Below are positions 48,550 to 60,409 of a DNA stretch of 64,000 nucleotides, one piece after another (the stretch's first letter is position 1; every line of letters starts with the position of its first letter). Below the pieces are notes generated by a model that saw only the letters and a program-made list of their open reading frames with translations, searched no databases and was not told where the DNA came from. The translations under genes and the position numbers were made by a program. Source of the stretch: Seison nebaliae. Lineage: Eukaryota. The DNA lies in the NCBI GenBank assembly GCA_023231475.1, contig JALJEE010000958.1:1-64000 (forward strand), read 5' to 3'.

Positions 48550-51500
48550 ATGAAGAGAAGGAGATCGAAACAACCTTCGGAGTTTAATCGAATGCCGTTA
48601 AATGAGAACTTGATTGATCGGATGCATCAGATGGCTGATTTGGTCAATTTGGAGAATACTTGTTTTTGTGACACTTTCCAAGTTCATCCGACTACTGTTC
48701 ATGATGAACATTTAACAGAATCATTAATCGATGGTTCAATGAAGAGACGAATGTTTTATTTCGATGACAAGAAGAAAAATGATAGAAGGAAAATGGATTA
48801 TTCAAAAATTATCAATAAATATTTCTCGAAAAATAATCAATCGACAGATGAGAAGATTGAGTTGAAGATAATGGAATTGACTGAATCTGAATTGAAATAT
48901 GAGGAAGATGTTAGAAAAGAATTTCAATTAAATCAATGTCCAATTGTCAATTCAGAATTCCGTTCAACTTCCGCTATTTTATCAATTCCCAAGATTCATT
49001 TAAATAAAAAAGATTTCGATTGGGAGAAAGGAAACTTCCAAAAATTATTAAGTGAAAGATTCGGATCATTGATCGCTGAATATGGAGCAGTGTCGTTCAC
49101 TTTTAATGATTATCATCCGCCTATGATGTTAAATGAGAAAGATGTGAATATTTCAGTACGTCAACAAAATCTCCCGTTGTTAGAACCGAGAAGACGATTG
49201 AATATTATTTTCATGAATGAATTGTTAATGTTTCGAAAGTTTCAAGGATTACCATTCAATATAGAAAGTTTTGAAAAGATCAATAATCATCAAGTCGATT
49301 ATTATTTATTATATCGATTAGTTGGAGAAGTGTTTGAAGAAGATGAATTGAAAAGTGAATATTTTTCAGCAAGTCATCTTCATCCATTGGATGAAATGGA
49401 AATAATGAAATGGTTCCGTATTTTCCTTCTCATGCGATTGACGAATGAGCGAATGATTTTATCATTTTCAAAAGAAGAACAATTATTTGATCCACCACAA
49501 GGACGGAAAAAAGTATTGTTGAGAGAACAGAAACAAGCGAAAAAGAAGTTTTATGAAAAAATGATGAAATTAACACATCAACTTCGTTACAATTATTTTT
49601 CAGTTCTTCATCCCTTTCTAATTTTCCGTCAACATTATCATATTGGTATTGGTGAATGGACGAGAGATTTGTATTTGGAGAAGATTGGTCAATTCGATTG
49701 TTTAGAAGGAGATGATGGTGAGAGTGGGGAAGCGTCTCGAATGTATAAAGAATTGAAGATGAAAAATCGGAAAATTGAAGATGAAATTAATTTATCGAAA
49801 ATTCATTTTAAAAATTTAATTGAAGAACATAATAAGATGTATGAGGAAGAGAATGATGTGAAAATGATCGAGAATTATGATGTTATTTGTGCGAAATGTA
49901 AAATGAATGATAATGAAGAGAATTTATTATTGTGTAAGAATAATGGATATCATGCATTCCATACATATTGTCTACCAGTAACTTATCGTTTTAGTAATTT
50001 ACCAGATGAATGGTTCTGTTGGGATTGTACAGCGAAACAATTATCCAATTATCTCCCACAACCATACGGATTCCATCATTTTAAAGATCAACAATCATTT
50101 CATCAATTCTATTCAGCAGCTGTCATTTATGAGAAGAATGTGTTGGAGGAATTGAATGAGAATAAAAAGAAGAAATATGAAGACAATCCAATATCGAATA
50201 AATTTAAACAAATTACTCCTCATGCATATTATACATGGACGAAAATGGAAACGAATGATCAATTATTTGAATTTCAAAATAAAGAAAATAATATTTATAA
50301 AGATGGAAAAGAGAAATTCGTGATCGATTGGAGAATGACTGTTAATTCTTTCCGTTCAAACAAAGACGGAAATTTACGAGCGTCCACAATTCATCAATTT
50401 CTCACAAATGAGAATGATGAGAAAATGGATTCAATCACTGAACATTCCAATTCAAATCTCGATAATTTCGTTACAGCAGATGAAATTGAAGAAGAATATT
50501 GGAGACGATTCCAATCGAATAATGTCAAATTACCAACTCAAACCACATCATATGGAGCTGATGTTAATACGTCAGATATCGGTTCAGGATTTCCATCAAA
50601 ATATCATCAAATGGAAAAAAGTGAAATTCATGAAAATAATTCAGATTATGAAAAATATTTACATAGTTCTCTCAACATCAACAATATTGCCAATAATGAT
50701 CAATCGGCATTCACATTCATTAAACCGTTAATAAACGGTGTTCGACTTCCCTGGTTATATTTCGGTCAATTATTCTCAACTTTCTGTTGGCATACTGAAG
50801 ATCATTTTACTTATTCCATCAATTATCATCATTATGGCGCTCCGAAAATCTGGTATGTTATTCCCTCATTTGCTGCTGATCGTTATGATGAATTTGTGCG
50901 GAATTATGTCCCAGAATTTTTCAAAATCTTTTCTGATTTTACTCATCATTTAACATCAACAATTCATCCAAATATTTTAATTCAACATGGAATTCCAGTA
51001 TATCGAATTAATCAAATGAATGGCGATTTCGTCATAACTGCACCAAGAAGTTATCATTCAGGATATAATCAAGGATTCAACATCGCTGAAGCTGTCAATT
51101 TTGCTTATGCTGATTGGTTCTGGTGGAGTTTGTTCTCTTCTAGATATTATATAAAAGAATGTCATTCAAATATCTTTTCAATTAATGAATATATTTTATA
51201 TGCATTATCTCAATTTCATCAATTCTCAATAAATGATCGTTTAGAGAAAGTTGAGAATTTGTTAGGAAAAGAAAAAGAAAATTTGAATTATTTTCAAAAA
51301 TTTTCTTATGCAATCATTTCATGTAGTGAACGAGCAATTTATTATGAAAAACAATCTCTCAAAAATTTCTTTTCTTTTATTCTACAACATTTCGAAGTGA
51401 TGTATGATAAGAATGATGGATTTATTGAATGGAATTTGAATTCCATTAATTTCCAATCGACCGGTAATTCGAAAGAGAATCGTTCCAAACAAATTAATTT

Positions 51501-54500
51501 ATCAACAAAAAAATTTGATTTCTCTAAAGAAACCAATGACGATCGACGTACATGTTTGAATTGTAATCATACATGTTATTTTAATGCTATTACTTGTTCA
51601 TCATTCAAATGTTCTTCATGTTCATCTGATATTGGATGTCGTTTATTCTGTTTACAATGTTACAAATATGCCATTGATCATTGTCAATATTATCAGGAGA
51701 ATACTTTCTCATCAATCGATTTAATTCTTTATCATCAATATAATCATTTGGATTTCCAAGAGATTAATACACAAATTTCACAAATTCAAAAGAAACGAGA
51801 AGAATTGAAATATATAGAAAATAATATAAATATCTGTCAATATAATCAATTGGATCTATTAGATTGGATTAAAAAATCGAGTAAAAATAATAAAGAGAAT
51901 TATGAAAAGATTGTTCATTCTGTTAATCGTTTAAGTGAAATGAGAGAATTATTCTTCAAATATCTCAATAATTCAACAACAGAAATTGTTCATAAACAAT
52001 TTTATTATTATCATCCTCAACACTCCAAATTAGAGATATCGAATCAATTCAAATATTCATTACAATCAATTCTTCTTTATCGATTTAATGAAATTGAAAA
52101 TATTTATCTCGCTTTTCGTTCATCCTCCATCGATGATGTTGGATTTTGTAAACAGGAATTATGTTTCGTTCAATTAAATGAGATGGATGAATGGAAATTG
52201 AATGGAAATGAAATCATCATAATGAATGCATCTTATTTTAATACATCAACCACTTGGTATAGTGTTCAATTGATTATGAAGGAGTTATGGAAATTGGGAA
52301 AGAATGAATATGAAGATATTCCATATAATTCATTCGAATTATGTGACGATATCCGTCAGAAATATTTCAATGGATTCGCCGCCATCTTAATCGAACAACA
52401 ATTCCAATTAGATTTCACCGAATGGTTAAGGACGAATATTCGATATAATTTTTCTTTAGGGAAATTATTTACACAAATCATTTATCGATTAACTGAAAAT
52501 CGAAATTTTGATAAAATAAACAAAGTCAATTATCTCCAACGAATTTTAGAGAAATATTTCAATGTGAAATTTGGAGTTAAAATGAATAAATTCTCTTTCC
52601 ATCTCATAAAACAACATTTTAAATGGCGAAGTAGAAAACATCGAAAAATCGTTCTGGACGATATCGAATATTATCTAAATAATGCAATGACATCATTGAT
52701 GACTAATTGTGATTTAATTCCGTTGATAACGGTAATTCATGAAATTTTGAGAGAAAAATATAAAAAAGTTGAAGAATTAAATAATCAGTTTGATGAGTCG
52801 ATTTTACCATCAAAATTGAATAAAATTGTTGATGAATCAATAAAGAAACATGAAAATGGTAAATATTTCCATCCGATTAATGTTGAAGATTTGCCTTCAT
52901 TCTCTTCCAATTATTCGATGAAAGATGATGAAGAAAAAATGGAAATGAATTTTATTGGAAATCATCTACATCAATTAGAAGATATTGAAGAACAAATGAT
53001 GATTATTGAGAAGATTTTCTTTTCTAATCCTGATCAAGCATTTGAAGATGTTTCAATTATTTTCTCAGATTATCGTTCGAAATGTGAAAGGATTTTATTA
53101 ATTTATTTATATCTCACATTAATTCGAAATGTTCATGTACAATTAGATTCATTCGATCGAGAGATACATTTGAAAGAATTAGATTTTGTGAAATATTATC
53201 GAATCTATTTTGAGACGATTCAATTCTTATGTGAGAAACATGACGTGTGGAAATGTTGGAAGAATTCGACAATCTATTTCCTATTGAAAGAGAAAGAAGA
53301 AGAATTTAAGAAAGAGAATGAAGGAATTCCACATCCAAATTATCAATCATATATTCTACGTCATTATTTCGCACGATCACTCAATTTCAAATCTTATCGA
53401 TATATGATTTATTCTCATTTGAAAGAATTGGATATCGGTCCCGCTCATGACGATATGATGGAAGGAGATCATTTACATGGTTTATGTTCTGTCCTTTATA
53501 ATTCCCATCTTTCCTGTCAAGAATATCATGATGTTCATTTGAAAAAATTTATCGCTTTATTGACCGATCCATATGAGGATTATGATAGAAATAATAATCG
53601 ATTATTATATTTAATCAATTCAATTTTTGGTGATGGAACTTCGAGTAAATTGAAGGAATTCAAAGAGAAATTCTTCGTACATAATTCAACATGTTCATCT
53701 GAAAAGAATTTGTTTACTAATTCTTATTGGTCAGTGACAACGCAAATTTTCATGTATCTCATCGCAATTTTATTACGAGAAGATAACGAAAGAATTTTAG
53801 AGAAATTATCAAGTAATGGCAATTGTGATGGATTATCATTTATTTTATATTTGAAAAAGAACGAGAAAAATGAACCATCAATTTTCTCCCAATTACCGTC
53901 AATTGTTGAAGATTCATTTCATTTCCTTTTAGATCGTTTAACGAAATCGATGGCGTCACTTCTTTCCATTGCTCTTCATTCCTTCTCTTCTCTAACAACA
54001 ATTCAATCTTATATTTGTAAAGAATTATCAAAGACACCGATAACTATGTTGAATTTGAAAGATTTGACAGAGGATCGTGAAAAACAATGGAGAAATATTC
54101 ATACGTCAATCAGTAATATGTTGAAAGGTACTCGATCACTTTTACCCCCATGGAATGAGAATAATTCGGAGAATTTCTTATGTCATAAATTATTATATCT
54201 CCATCCAATTATCGATAGTTATTCGATGGCACAATTATCATTAAATAGATTTTATGGATGGAAATCCAGTTATTCGGTTGATTTATTTTATAAAAAAATT
54301 GAAGAAAATCCTGAAATTAAACATAAGAATGTGTCGAAGAAATCAGGGTCGACATCTAAAACGAAATTTGATGAAGGACGAGAATATTGTTTCGCTGACA
54401 ATCCAAGTAATAAACAACATGAATCATTCTTTGCTCTTCATTTCCCGGAAGAATATGATCAAATTCATCAGAAGAATATGGAGAAAGCGAAAGGCTCTTG

Positions 54501-54975
54501 TCCTTCTAAACGGCCACTCGCCCAATATGCATTATCAGCTACAGTATCGGAATTAGTGACTAAATGGTGCAAGAATTATATACGACAACCGTCAGAATAT
54601 ATTACAATCGACATCGACCAAAAACCAGACACTTCATCATTCACAACAGAAATTGAGGAGTCGGAGGACAAATCGAATGAATTGGTTTGGACTCCTTCTA
54701 CAGAGATGAAACCGGACAAACCAAATTTCAGTATCATTAAATGGACATCATCATGCCCCGTCAAAGGAGAATCGGAGAATGACGAAGAGAAAAAAGAAAA
54801 GAATAATCCAAATATTATGTCCAAATGTGAGAATGGACAAAATATGTCCATCAAATTAATTGTCTTATCGGACATAGAGAAATTGGGAGATTCGAACAGA
54901 CAACAATTAGACAACGACCAACATGAGATAAAAACAGAATTTGTTACTCGATTCGTTAACTTATCTGATTTATAA
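48550..54975 (+). CDS. KDM5: KDM5/JARID1-family histone H3K4 demethylase (divergent), single 6.4-kb ORF
   Basis: ARID-like region, PHD1, JmjC (YGAD..GSGFP, PWLYFGQLFSTFCWHTEDH, PRSYHSGYNQGFNIAEAVNFA), C5HC2-like zinc finger (DDRRTCLNC..TCY). Confidence 0.92.
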   Translation: MKRRRSKQPSEFNRMPLNENLIDRMHQMADLVNLENTCFCDTFQVHPTTVHDEHLTESLIDGSMKRRMFYFDDKKKNDRRKMDYSKIINKYFSKNNQSTDEKIELKIMELTESELKYEEDVRKEFQLNQCPIVNSEFRSTSAILSIPKIHLNKKDFDWEKGNFQKLLSERFGSLIAEYGAVSFTFNDYHPPMMLNEKDVNISVRQQNLPLLEPRRRLNIIFMNELLMFRKFQGLPFNIESFEKINNHQVDYYLLYRLVGEVFEEDELKSEYFSASHLHPLDEMEIMKWFRIFLLMRLTNERMILSFSKEEQLFDPPQGRKKVLLREQKQAKKKFYEKMMKLTHQLRYNYFSVLHPFLIFRQHYHIGIGEWTRDLYLEKIGQFDCLEGDDGESGEASRMYKELKMKNRKIEDEINLSKIHFKNLIEEHNKMYEEENDVKMIENYDVICAKCKMNDNEENLLLCKNNGYHAFHTYCLPVTYRFSNLPDEWFCWDCTAKQLSNYLPQPYGFHHFKDQQSFHQFYSAAVIYEKNVLEELNENKKKKYEDNPISNKFKQITPHAYYTWTKMETNDQLFEFQNKENNIYKDGKEKFVIDWRMTVNSFRSNKDGNLRASTIHQFLTNENDEKMDSITEHSNSNLDNFVTADEIEEEYWRRFQSNNVKLPTQTTSYGADVNTSDIGSGFPSKYHQMEKSEIHENNSDYEKYLHSSLNINNIANNDQSAFTFIKPLINGVRLPWLYFGQLFSTFCWHTEDHFTYSINYHHYGAPKIWYVIPSFAADRYDEFVRNYVPEFFKIFSDFTHHLTSTIHPNILIQHGIPVYRINQMNGDFVITAPRSYHSGYNQGFNIAEAVNFAYADWFWWSLFSSRYYIKECHSNIFSINEYILYALSQFHQFSINDRLEKVENLLGKEKENLNYFQKFSYAIISCSERAIYYEKQSLKNFFSFILQHFEVMYDKNDGFIEWNLNSINFQSTGNSKENRSKQINLSTKKFDFSKETNDDRRTCLNCNHTCYFNAITCSSFKCSSCSSDIGCRLFCLQCYKYAIDHCQYYQENTFSSIDLILYHQYNHLDFQEINTQISQIQKKREELKYIENNINICQYNQLDLLDWIKKSSKNNKENYEKIVHSVNRLSEMRELFFKYLNNSTTEIVHKQFYYYHPQHSKLEISNQFKYSLQSILLYRFNEIENIYLAFRSSSIDDVGFCKQELCFVQLNEMDEWKLNGNEIIIMNASYFNTSTTWYSVQLIMKELWKLGKNEYEDIPYNSFELCDDIRQKYFNGFAAILIEQQFQLDFTEWLRTNIRYNFSLGKLFTQIIYRLTENRNFDKINKVNYLQRILEKYFNVKFGVKMNKFSFHLIKQHFKWRSRKHRKIVLDDIEYYLNNAMTSLMTNCDLIPLITVIHEILREKYKKVEELNNQFDESILPSKLNKIVDESIKKHENGKYFHPINVEDLPSFSSNYSMKDDEEKMEMNFIGNHLHQLEDIEEQMMIIEKIFFSNPDQAFEDVSIIFSDYRSKCERILLIYLYLTLIRNVHVQLDSFDREIHLKELDFVKYYRIYFETIQFLCEKHDVWKCWKNSTIYFLLKEKEEEFKKENEGIPHPNYQSYILRHYFARSLNFKSYRYMIYSHLKELDIGPAHDDMMEGDHLHGLCSVLYNSHLSCQEYHDVHLKKFIALLTDPYEDYDRNNNRLLYLINSIFGDGTSSKLKEFKEKFFVHNSTCSSEKNLFTNSYWSVTTQIFMYLIAILLREDNERILEKLSSNGNCDGLSFILYLKKNEKNEPSIFSQLPSIVEDSFHFLLDRLTKSMASLLSIALHSFSSLTTIQSYICKELSKTPITMLNLKDLTEDREKQWRNIHTSISNMLKGTRSLLPPWNENNSENFLCHKLLYLHPIIDSYSMAQLSLNRFYGWKSSYSVDLFYKKIEENPEIKHKNVSKKSGSTSKTKFDEGREYCFADNPSNKQHESFFALHFPEEYDQIHQKNMEKAKGSCPSKRPLAQYALSATVSELVTKWCKNYIRQPSEYITIDIDQKPDTSSFTTEIEESEDKSNELVWTPSTEMKPDKPNFSIIKWTSSCPVKGESENDEEKKEKNNPNIMSKCENGQNMSIKLIVLSDIEKLGDSNRQQLDNDQHEIKTEFVTRFVNLSDL

Positions 54976-57128
54976 ATTAAATTTCTTTCCATTTATTTTT
55001 AATCTTTCCATTCATTTCTTATCGTTTTTCTATAATTTTTATATTCGTCTGACTTGAAAAATTGTTTGGAAAATGGACGTCGAATTCGAATTAAATGTTT
55101 ACCATTTTCTCTCCATCACTTTTCAACTATCAATTAATTAATTGTAAAATATCTATTTTATAAGATCTGATATTTTCTATTATAAGTAAAACTAATCATT
55201 AATCAAACAAGTCAAAAGTGGTAGAGATTTTTGCACTTTTCTTTATTTACTGAAATTCTTCTTCCAAATCCATCGTGCCACACCCACTCTCTTACTAAAA
55301 TAAATTTTACATTTACCTTAATTTCACTTACAAAACATTTACTTGTTAAACATTTATTCTTCATGAAATTTAATTAGTTTCATTATTATTACGTCTGATA
55401 GTTACAGAAGAAAAAACAAATTCATTATGAATATGGAGATGGTGCAAGAAAAACATGGAAAAACAAAATTTAGTTTTTATTAAAATGAAGAAAATGAACA
55501 TAAAATTAATATGTAAAATTTTCACAAGATACTATCATGTTTTTCAGTATTCGAACATTCGATTTTAGCACATACGAATAACGAAGCGATATCACTTACG
55601 GAAATGAAGAAAATTGAATTTTCTTATGTTTTAATTATTTATTGAAAGGAAATAAAAGTAGTTGAGAAGTAAAATTTATCGAAGAAAAACCATAAGAAAA
55701 CACATGTAAATATTTCTTATTATTCTATTACATTTTCCCTCGAAACTTGATGTTTTTTAAAAGATTTATTATAACGATTAGAATAGAATAATGGTTATTT
55801 GTGTTATTAGTATTGTACTCTATCAGTGGTACGTCGTCATCATCATAACGTCATTATTTGAAATAATGGTGATGACAGCAGCAAATGACAATAAAAAAAA
55901 ATGAACACTTTCTGATAAGAGTTAGATAATAATAAGACACCTCTGCTTGGTGAAAGGTTATTAACGGAAATTTCTTCGTTAATTACTCTTAAATAAATAA
56001 ATAATTAATCTTACTCTTTTCCCATCATAATAATATGTGCAGGAGTGCATCATAAACGGAAGATGGAGAAGTTGTTTAAGAAATGAGAATTATGTTTTAA
56101 TAACTGCAGTTTGACCTTAATTAATTATTTGTATGTTACATATATTCATGTATACTCAAATAAATATCTTCATTCCCTTCAATATTTTTTATTGAAAATT
56201 TTTCATTGGTGATGGTGGTAAAGGTAATCGTCAATAGTTTTTCCACAAGCCAATTCGATATATCTAATGAAAGTATTTCGAGAGATAAGATCATTCAAGG
56301 TACTTTCACTCTTCTTTGAAGAGATGACTCATAAATTATTATGTGAATAAGATTAAGAAATATCAACCACTTCCCTCTCAAGGAAAATATTGATACATTT
56401 AAAAGAAAAATGGACAATTAACTGAGAAGTTATGACGTATTCCGATTAGATCATTTGTTATGTAGTGCTAGATTTTTCTTTCTAACAATTTTCCAATGTT
56501 AATTTGTTAATTCCCAGAATTAATAGAATTGAGAAGGAAATTGTCGTTGTGCTAGTTACAAAGAAATGGTAGAGAATTGTTTTCGAAAATATTCTCCTTA
56601 ATCGGAAAACAACAAAAATATTTTGATTTGCATTCCATCCATCGATATTCAATATGTAATGGTTCTCCTTGAACATGAACAGTATGAGAAGTGAACAATG
56701 ATTGAAGAAGAAATGAGAATTAATAAGAAAAACAAAAAGAAAAGAAGGAGGAAGAGAAGAAACGGGTTGATCTCAATAAGTTGTGAAGGAAAAGCTTAAT
56801 TTCATCAGTTAGATATGAATAGAATGAAGGGAGAACATTAATCCAAAAATTATTTTTAATAAATTCCATTTTTTCTATTTGTAATTTTTTAATAATTTTC
56901 TTCCATTATACAAAGTTTTCCTATTTAATTCTTCGAAATCCATTCAAAAAATTTAGTCGAAAAATCTATTGATTATTTTTGAAATTTCCAAATTCTTTTT
57001 AAAATAAATTTTCAGAGCTGCTTCTTTTTCACATATTCAATTGGGAGGAAGTTATCCAATTAAACTTCATTCCAGAACGACGATCAATCGTCGGTAATGT
57101 ATTCTTCTGGTAATAGCGGCAAATATTC

Positions 57129-59207
57129 ATGTCTGATATTAGGCATTCAGTTCTCTCATCCATAACTGGGGACATTGGTCTATTTCCTGGAGATCATGAC
57201 CATTCAGTTTATGGAGCTGAACAAGACACAGGAACATTCTCATTTAGTCGTTTCTTCTTCCCACAATTATTACCTCGAGACAAAGCAGATGGAGAAACAA
57301 ATCGATGGAAATCTGCTCGATTACTCTATCATAATCGTCATTTTGTTGCAGGATGGTTGGGTGGCGCTGCAGGAATTTTGGTCGGTCATCCATTCGATAC
57401 GATTAAAGCGAGACAACAAACATCTCAATATAATATCAGTGTTTATCATACAGCGAAGGATTTGATCCGAAGAGAAAAGATGAGTGGTTTTTTCAAAGGA
57501 CTCTCATTTCCCATTGTTTGTTATGGAGGAATTAATTCCATATATTTCGGCGTTTATGGTTATACTCTCCAATTCATATCTAAACAACGTAATCGTTCAA
57601 CGGAAAATGAGACGGTTCAACATAAAAAAATGACATCTATTGTTTGTGCATCATTCTTATCAGGTGCCATCGCTGCCATTCCCACATGTCCAGTGGAAGT
57701 GATAAAAATCCGTTTACAAATCGATAAAACCGCTCATCCCACTCGTTTAGCACGACTCATTTTAGATCCGTCATTAATGGTCCAATCAACAGTTCAGTCA
57801 CATCTACATAAAACTTTCATTTCACCTGCACTACCAACACCAGATCGTATGACAAATCTATTAATTGCTCAACAACAACATGAGAAACAGATAACGGGAT
57901 TGAAGAATCTTCAACGAATGGAATATGAAAGACAAAAGAAAGAATTAGTTTATCGAAAATCACTTCGATTTCATTTGTTCAATGATATAGGTCGTCATCG
58001 AAGATCATTACAATTATCACCATTCACATTATTATCTCGTCCATTCGTCCCATCAGCACATCATGCTAGACATCGTTCTCGAATTGATCGTTATAAGAAA
58101 TTGATGAATACAAATTCATTATTTCATCGATCACCATCATCGACAGTAACAGCGAGACTCTTTCCAAAATATCTAACGGTGAATGAATCGTTTTCCAATC
58201 GTCATACAATTCGTCGTCGTCATATGTTATCGTCAATAGAGAATTCGGTGAATAATAAACAACATTCCAGACGAGTGATGTCTCAAATGATGGATACGAT
58301 TACTCACATTAAACATGTAGCACCTGTTTCACATACTCACTTCTATATCACTTCAGAACAGAAGGACAACAATATTAGCAATACAAATAATTCAAAAAAA
58401 TTGGAGAACAAGTCAAACTTTGTTCTTGATCGAAAATATCATCATCGAAAAGCCAAATTACATCGTCGTGTCAAATTACAAGACATTCAATGGAAAGGTC
58501 AAAATCTTGTGGATTCAGTGAAGAAATCAGTTGCTGCATCTGCATCGAAAGAAATGAGAATTAAGAAATTCTTTGTTACTGATCATTATTTGCAAATGGC
58601 TGCCAGAGCGAGAGTCACTTTATCACGATCAGATCATTTAGCTTCCTATAATGTTATTCGACAAAACTTGTCTCCCAAAATTTATGCGGACACTTACCAA
58701 GTCAACATGCCAACTACTTCACACGCAGCCAATCTTCGACCAGTCGATACTCCTTATTCTATATTGAGACAATTAATAAGAGAACGAGGAATATTTCGTG
58801 GACCATTTCATGGTCTCGGCACTCAATTATGTCGCGATGTTCCCGCTCTTGGATCTTATATGCTCTGTTACGAATATTTTATGAGTCGTTCTCCCGCTTT
58901 CGTCAAGAATGCGAATGGACAACATTCGACTTGGTATGTCATCATTGCTGGTGGTCTAACTGGTTGCATTAGTTGGGTAATGACAATGCCACAAGATGTG
59001 GTCAAAACGAGAATGCAAAGCGATCATTTACTTCAACCAAAATATCGAAGTATGTTCGATTGCTATTGGCGAGTGTGGAAATATGAGGGAGGAGTTCGTA
59101 CTTTCTTCCGAGGAACATTAGCTGCCACAATTCGTGCATTTCCTTGTAATGCTGTTACTTTTTTATTGTACGATCGTCTTCTAAAGTATTTGTCGAATTT
59201 TAAATGA
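57129..59207 (+). CDS. Mitochondrial carrier, SLC25A45/47/48/29-like, with a large internal insertion
   Basis: Three carrier signatures PFDTIKARQQ, PVEVIKIRLQ, PQDVVKTRMQ; also FVAGWLGG, GFFKGLSFP, RAFPCNAVTF. Confidence 0.9.
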   Translation: MSDIRHSVLSSITGDIGLFPGDHDHSVYGAEQDTGTFSFSRFFFPQLLPRDKADGETNRWKSARLLYHNRHFVAGWLGGAAGILVGHPFDTIKARQQTSQYNISVYHTAKDLIRREKMSGFFKGLSFPIVCYGGINSIYFGVYGYTLQFISKQRNRSTENETVQHKKMTSIVCASFLSGAIAAIPTCPVEVIKIRLQIDKTAHPTRLARLILDPSLMVQSTVQSHLHKTFISPALPTPDRMTNLLIAQQQHEKQITGLKNLQRMEYERQKKELVYRKSLRFHLFNDIGRHRRSLQLSPFTLLSRPFVPSAHHARHRSRIDRYKKLMNTNSLFHRSPSSTVTARLFPKYLTVNESFSNRHTIRRRHMLSSIENSVNNKQHSRRVMSQMMDTITHIKHVAPVSHTHFYITSEQKDNNISNTNNSKKLENKSNFVLDRKYHHRKAKLHRRVKLQDIQWKGQNLVDSVKKSVAASASKEMRIKKFFVTDHYLQMAARARVTLSRSDHLASYNVIRQNLSPKIYADTYQVNMPTTSHAANLRPVDTPYSILRQLIRERGIFRGPFHGLGTQLCRDVPALGSYMLCYEYFMSRSPAFVKNANGQHSTWYVIIAGGLTGCISWVMTMPQDVVKTRMQSDHLLQPKYRSMFDCYWRVWKYEGGVRTFFRGTLAATIRAFPCNAVTFLLYDRLLKYLSNFK

Positions 59208-59688
59208 TTTCATTCCATTATTGTTTCATATTTTGAACAGATATTATTATCTATTCATCGATTGATCACCGTCTTTTGATAATTATCAATTATTATTCAT
59301 TGATATCAACAATTATATTTCTATTATATTAGTCTAATAAACGAACAAACTACGAACATCTAATTTTTTCTCGTTATAACAAACTTATAATTTCTGCATA
59401 ATATTATTTAAATGAACAAAATAAAAATTTAAAAATTAAAGTTTTATAATAAAATTAAGAAAATCAAAAATTATTTTACTTTCACTCATCAAAAAAATAT
59501 TTTGTTGTTCCACCGAAATAATTTAGAATTTACTTAATTGCTTTTTATTCAGGAAATTATTAGAAAATCATCATTTAAGAGGTTTGACTAATATAATGAT
59601 CAATTTTATGAGTAATAAAAGTGTGAAAGAGTTAAAAAAAAATAGTTCAATTTACAAATAATGAAAAGAAGTTCGTGTGGAATAAATA

Positions 59689-60109
59689 TTAGTAGTGTTT
59701 ACGTTGATGATAATTTCGACGATGGCGACAACGTAATGGAGGAAGTTCTGCATCGAAAAATACAGAATCATCATCTGTCGATATGCTAACGAATTGGTTT
59801 ATGGTATCTGATTGTGAGACGAATACCTCACTAGTAGGAATAGAAAGAGTAGTGGTTGACTGGTTCTCTTTATAGATCAAAGTGATAAAATACGAAGATG
59901 TAAGGAAAGTAGAAACTTGTCTTAGGTTTCCTTGTTCTTTTCGCTCGAGGATAAGAACGTTTTTTACGTTCTTTGTTAGATGAGAGAAAGAAGACTTTCA
60001 CTAATCGAACTGCAATGACTGAGAAGAGAATAGTAAATATGAAAACGGCCAAAGAATTTTGTCGGCACCAATAGGAAATATAAATAATGAAATTGTTTGG
60101 TATGCGCAT
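59689..60109 (-). CDS. Small TM-anchored protein (123 aa) with an FFAT-like motif; 2 exons (intron 59868-59916)
   Basis: A 49-nt GTT..AAG intron joins two short ORFs in frame: TM segment, basic tract, then STDDDSVFFDAEL. Confidence 0.65.
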
Positions 60110-60409
60110 TTTTCATCGCAATACGAAAATGGCCGTTAAAGAAAATTTCATTTCGAAGTTTTTATAAAAGCAAATTTTATTTATTGGAAAGAAGAGGAAG
60201 ATAATTAAGAAATTAAAGAAAAAAAAAATTTTTTTTCTGATTGATTTTTTTTGAAAGAAAAAAAATTGTTAAAAAATTAATATTTTATAATTAAATAACC
60301 GAATAAATCCTTCAAATATCACTACGAGTAAAATGATCATGCAATCATTATTAAATTCATATGAATTATTTTCAGTTCCCAATTCATCAATTTCCGAAGT
60401 TGAATTAAA

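Noticed and set aside
9026..59207. Arginine-themed cluster (ArgRS, P5CDH, two tRNA-Arg genes, basic-amino-acid-carrier-like gene)
   Set aside because: Spread over 50 kb among unrelated genes and carrier substrate unknown; probably coincidence
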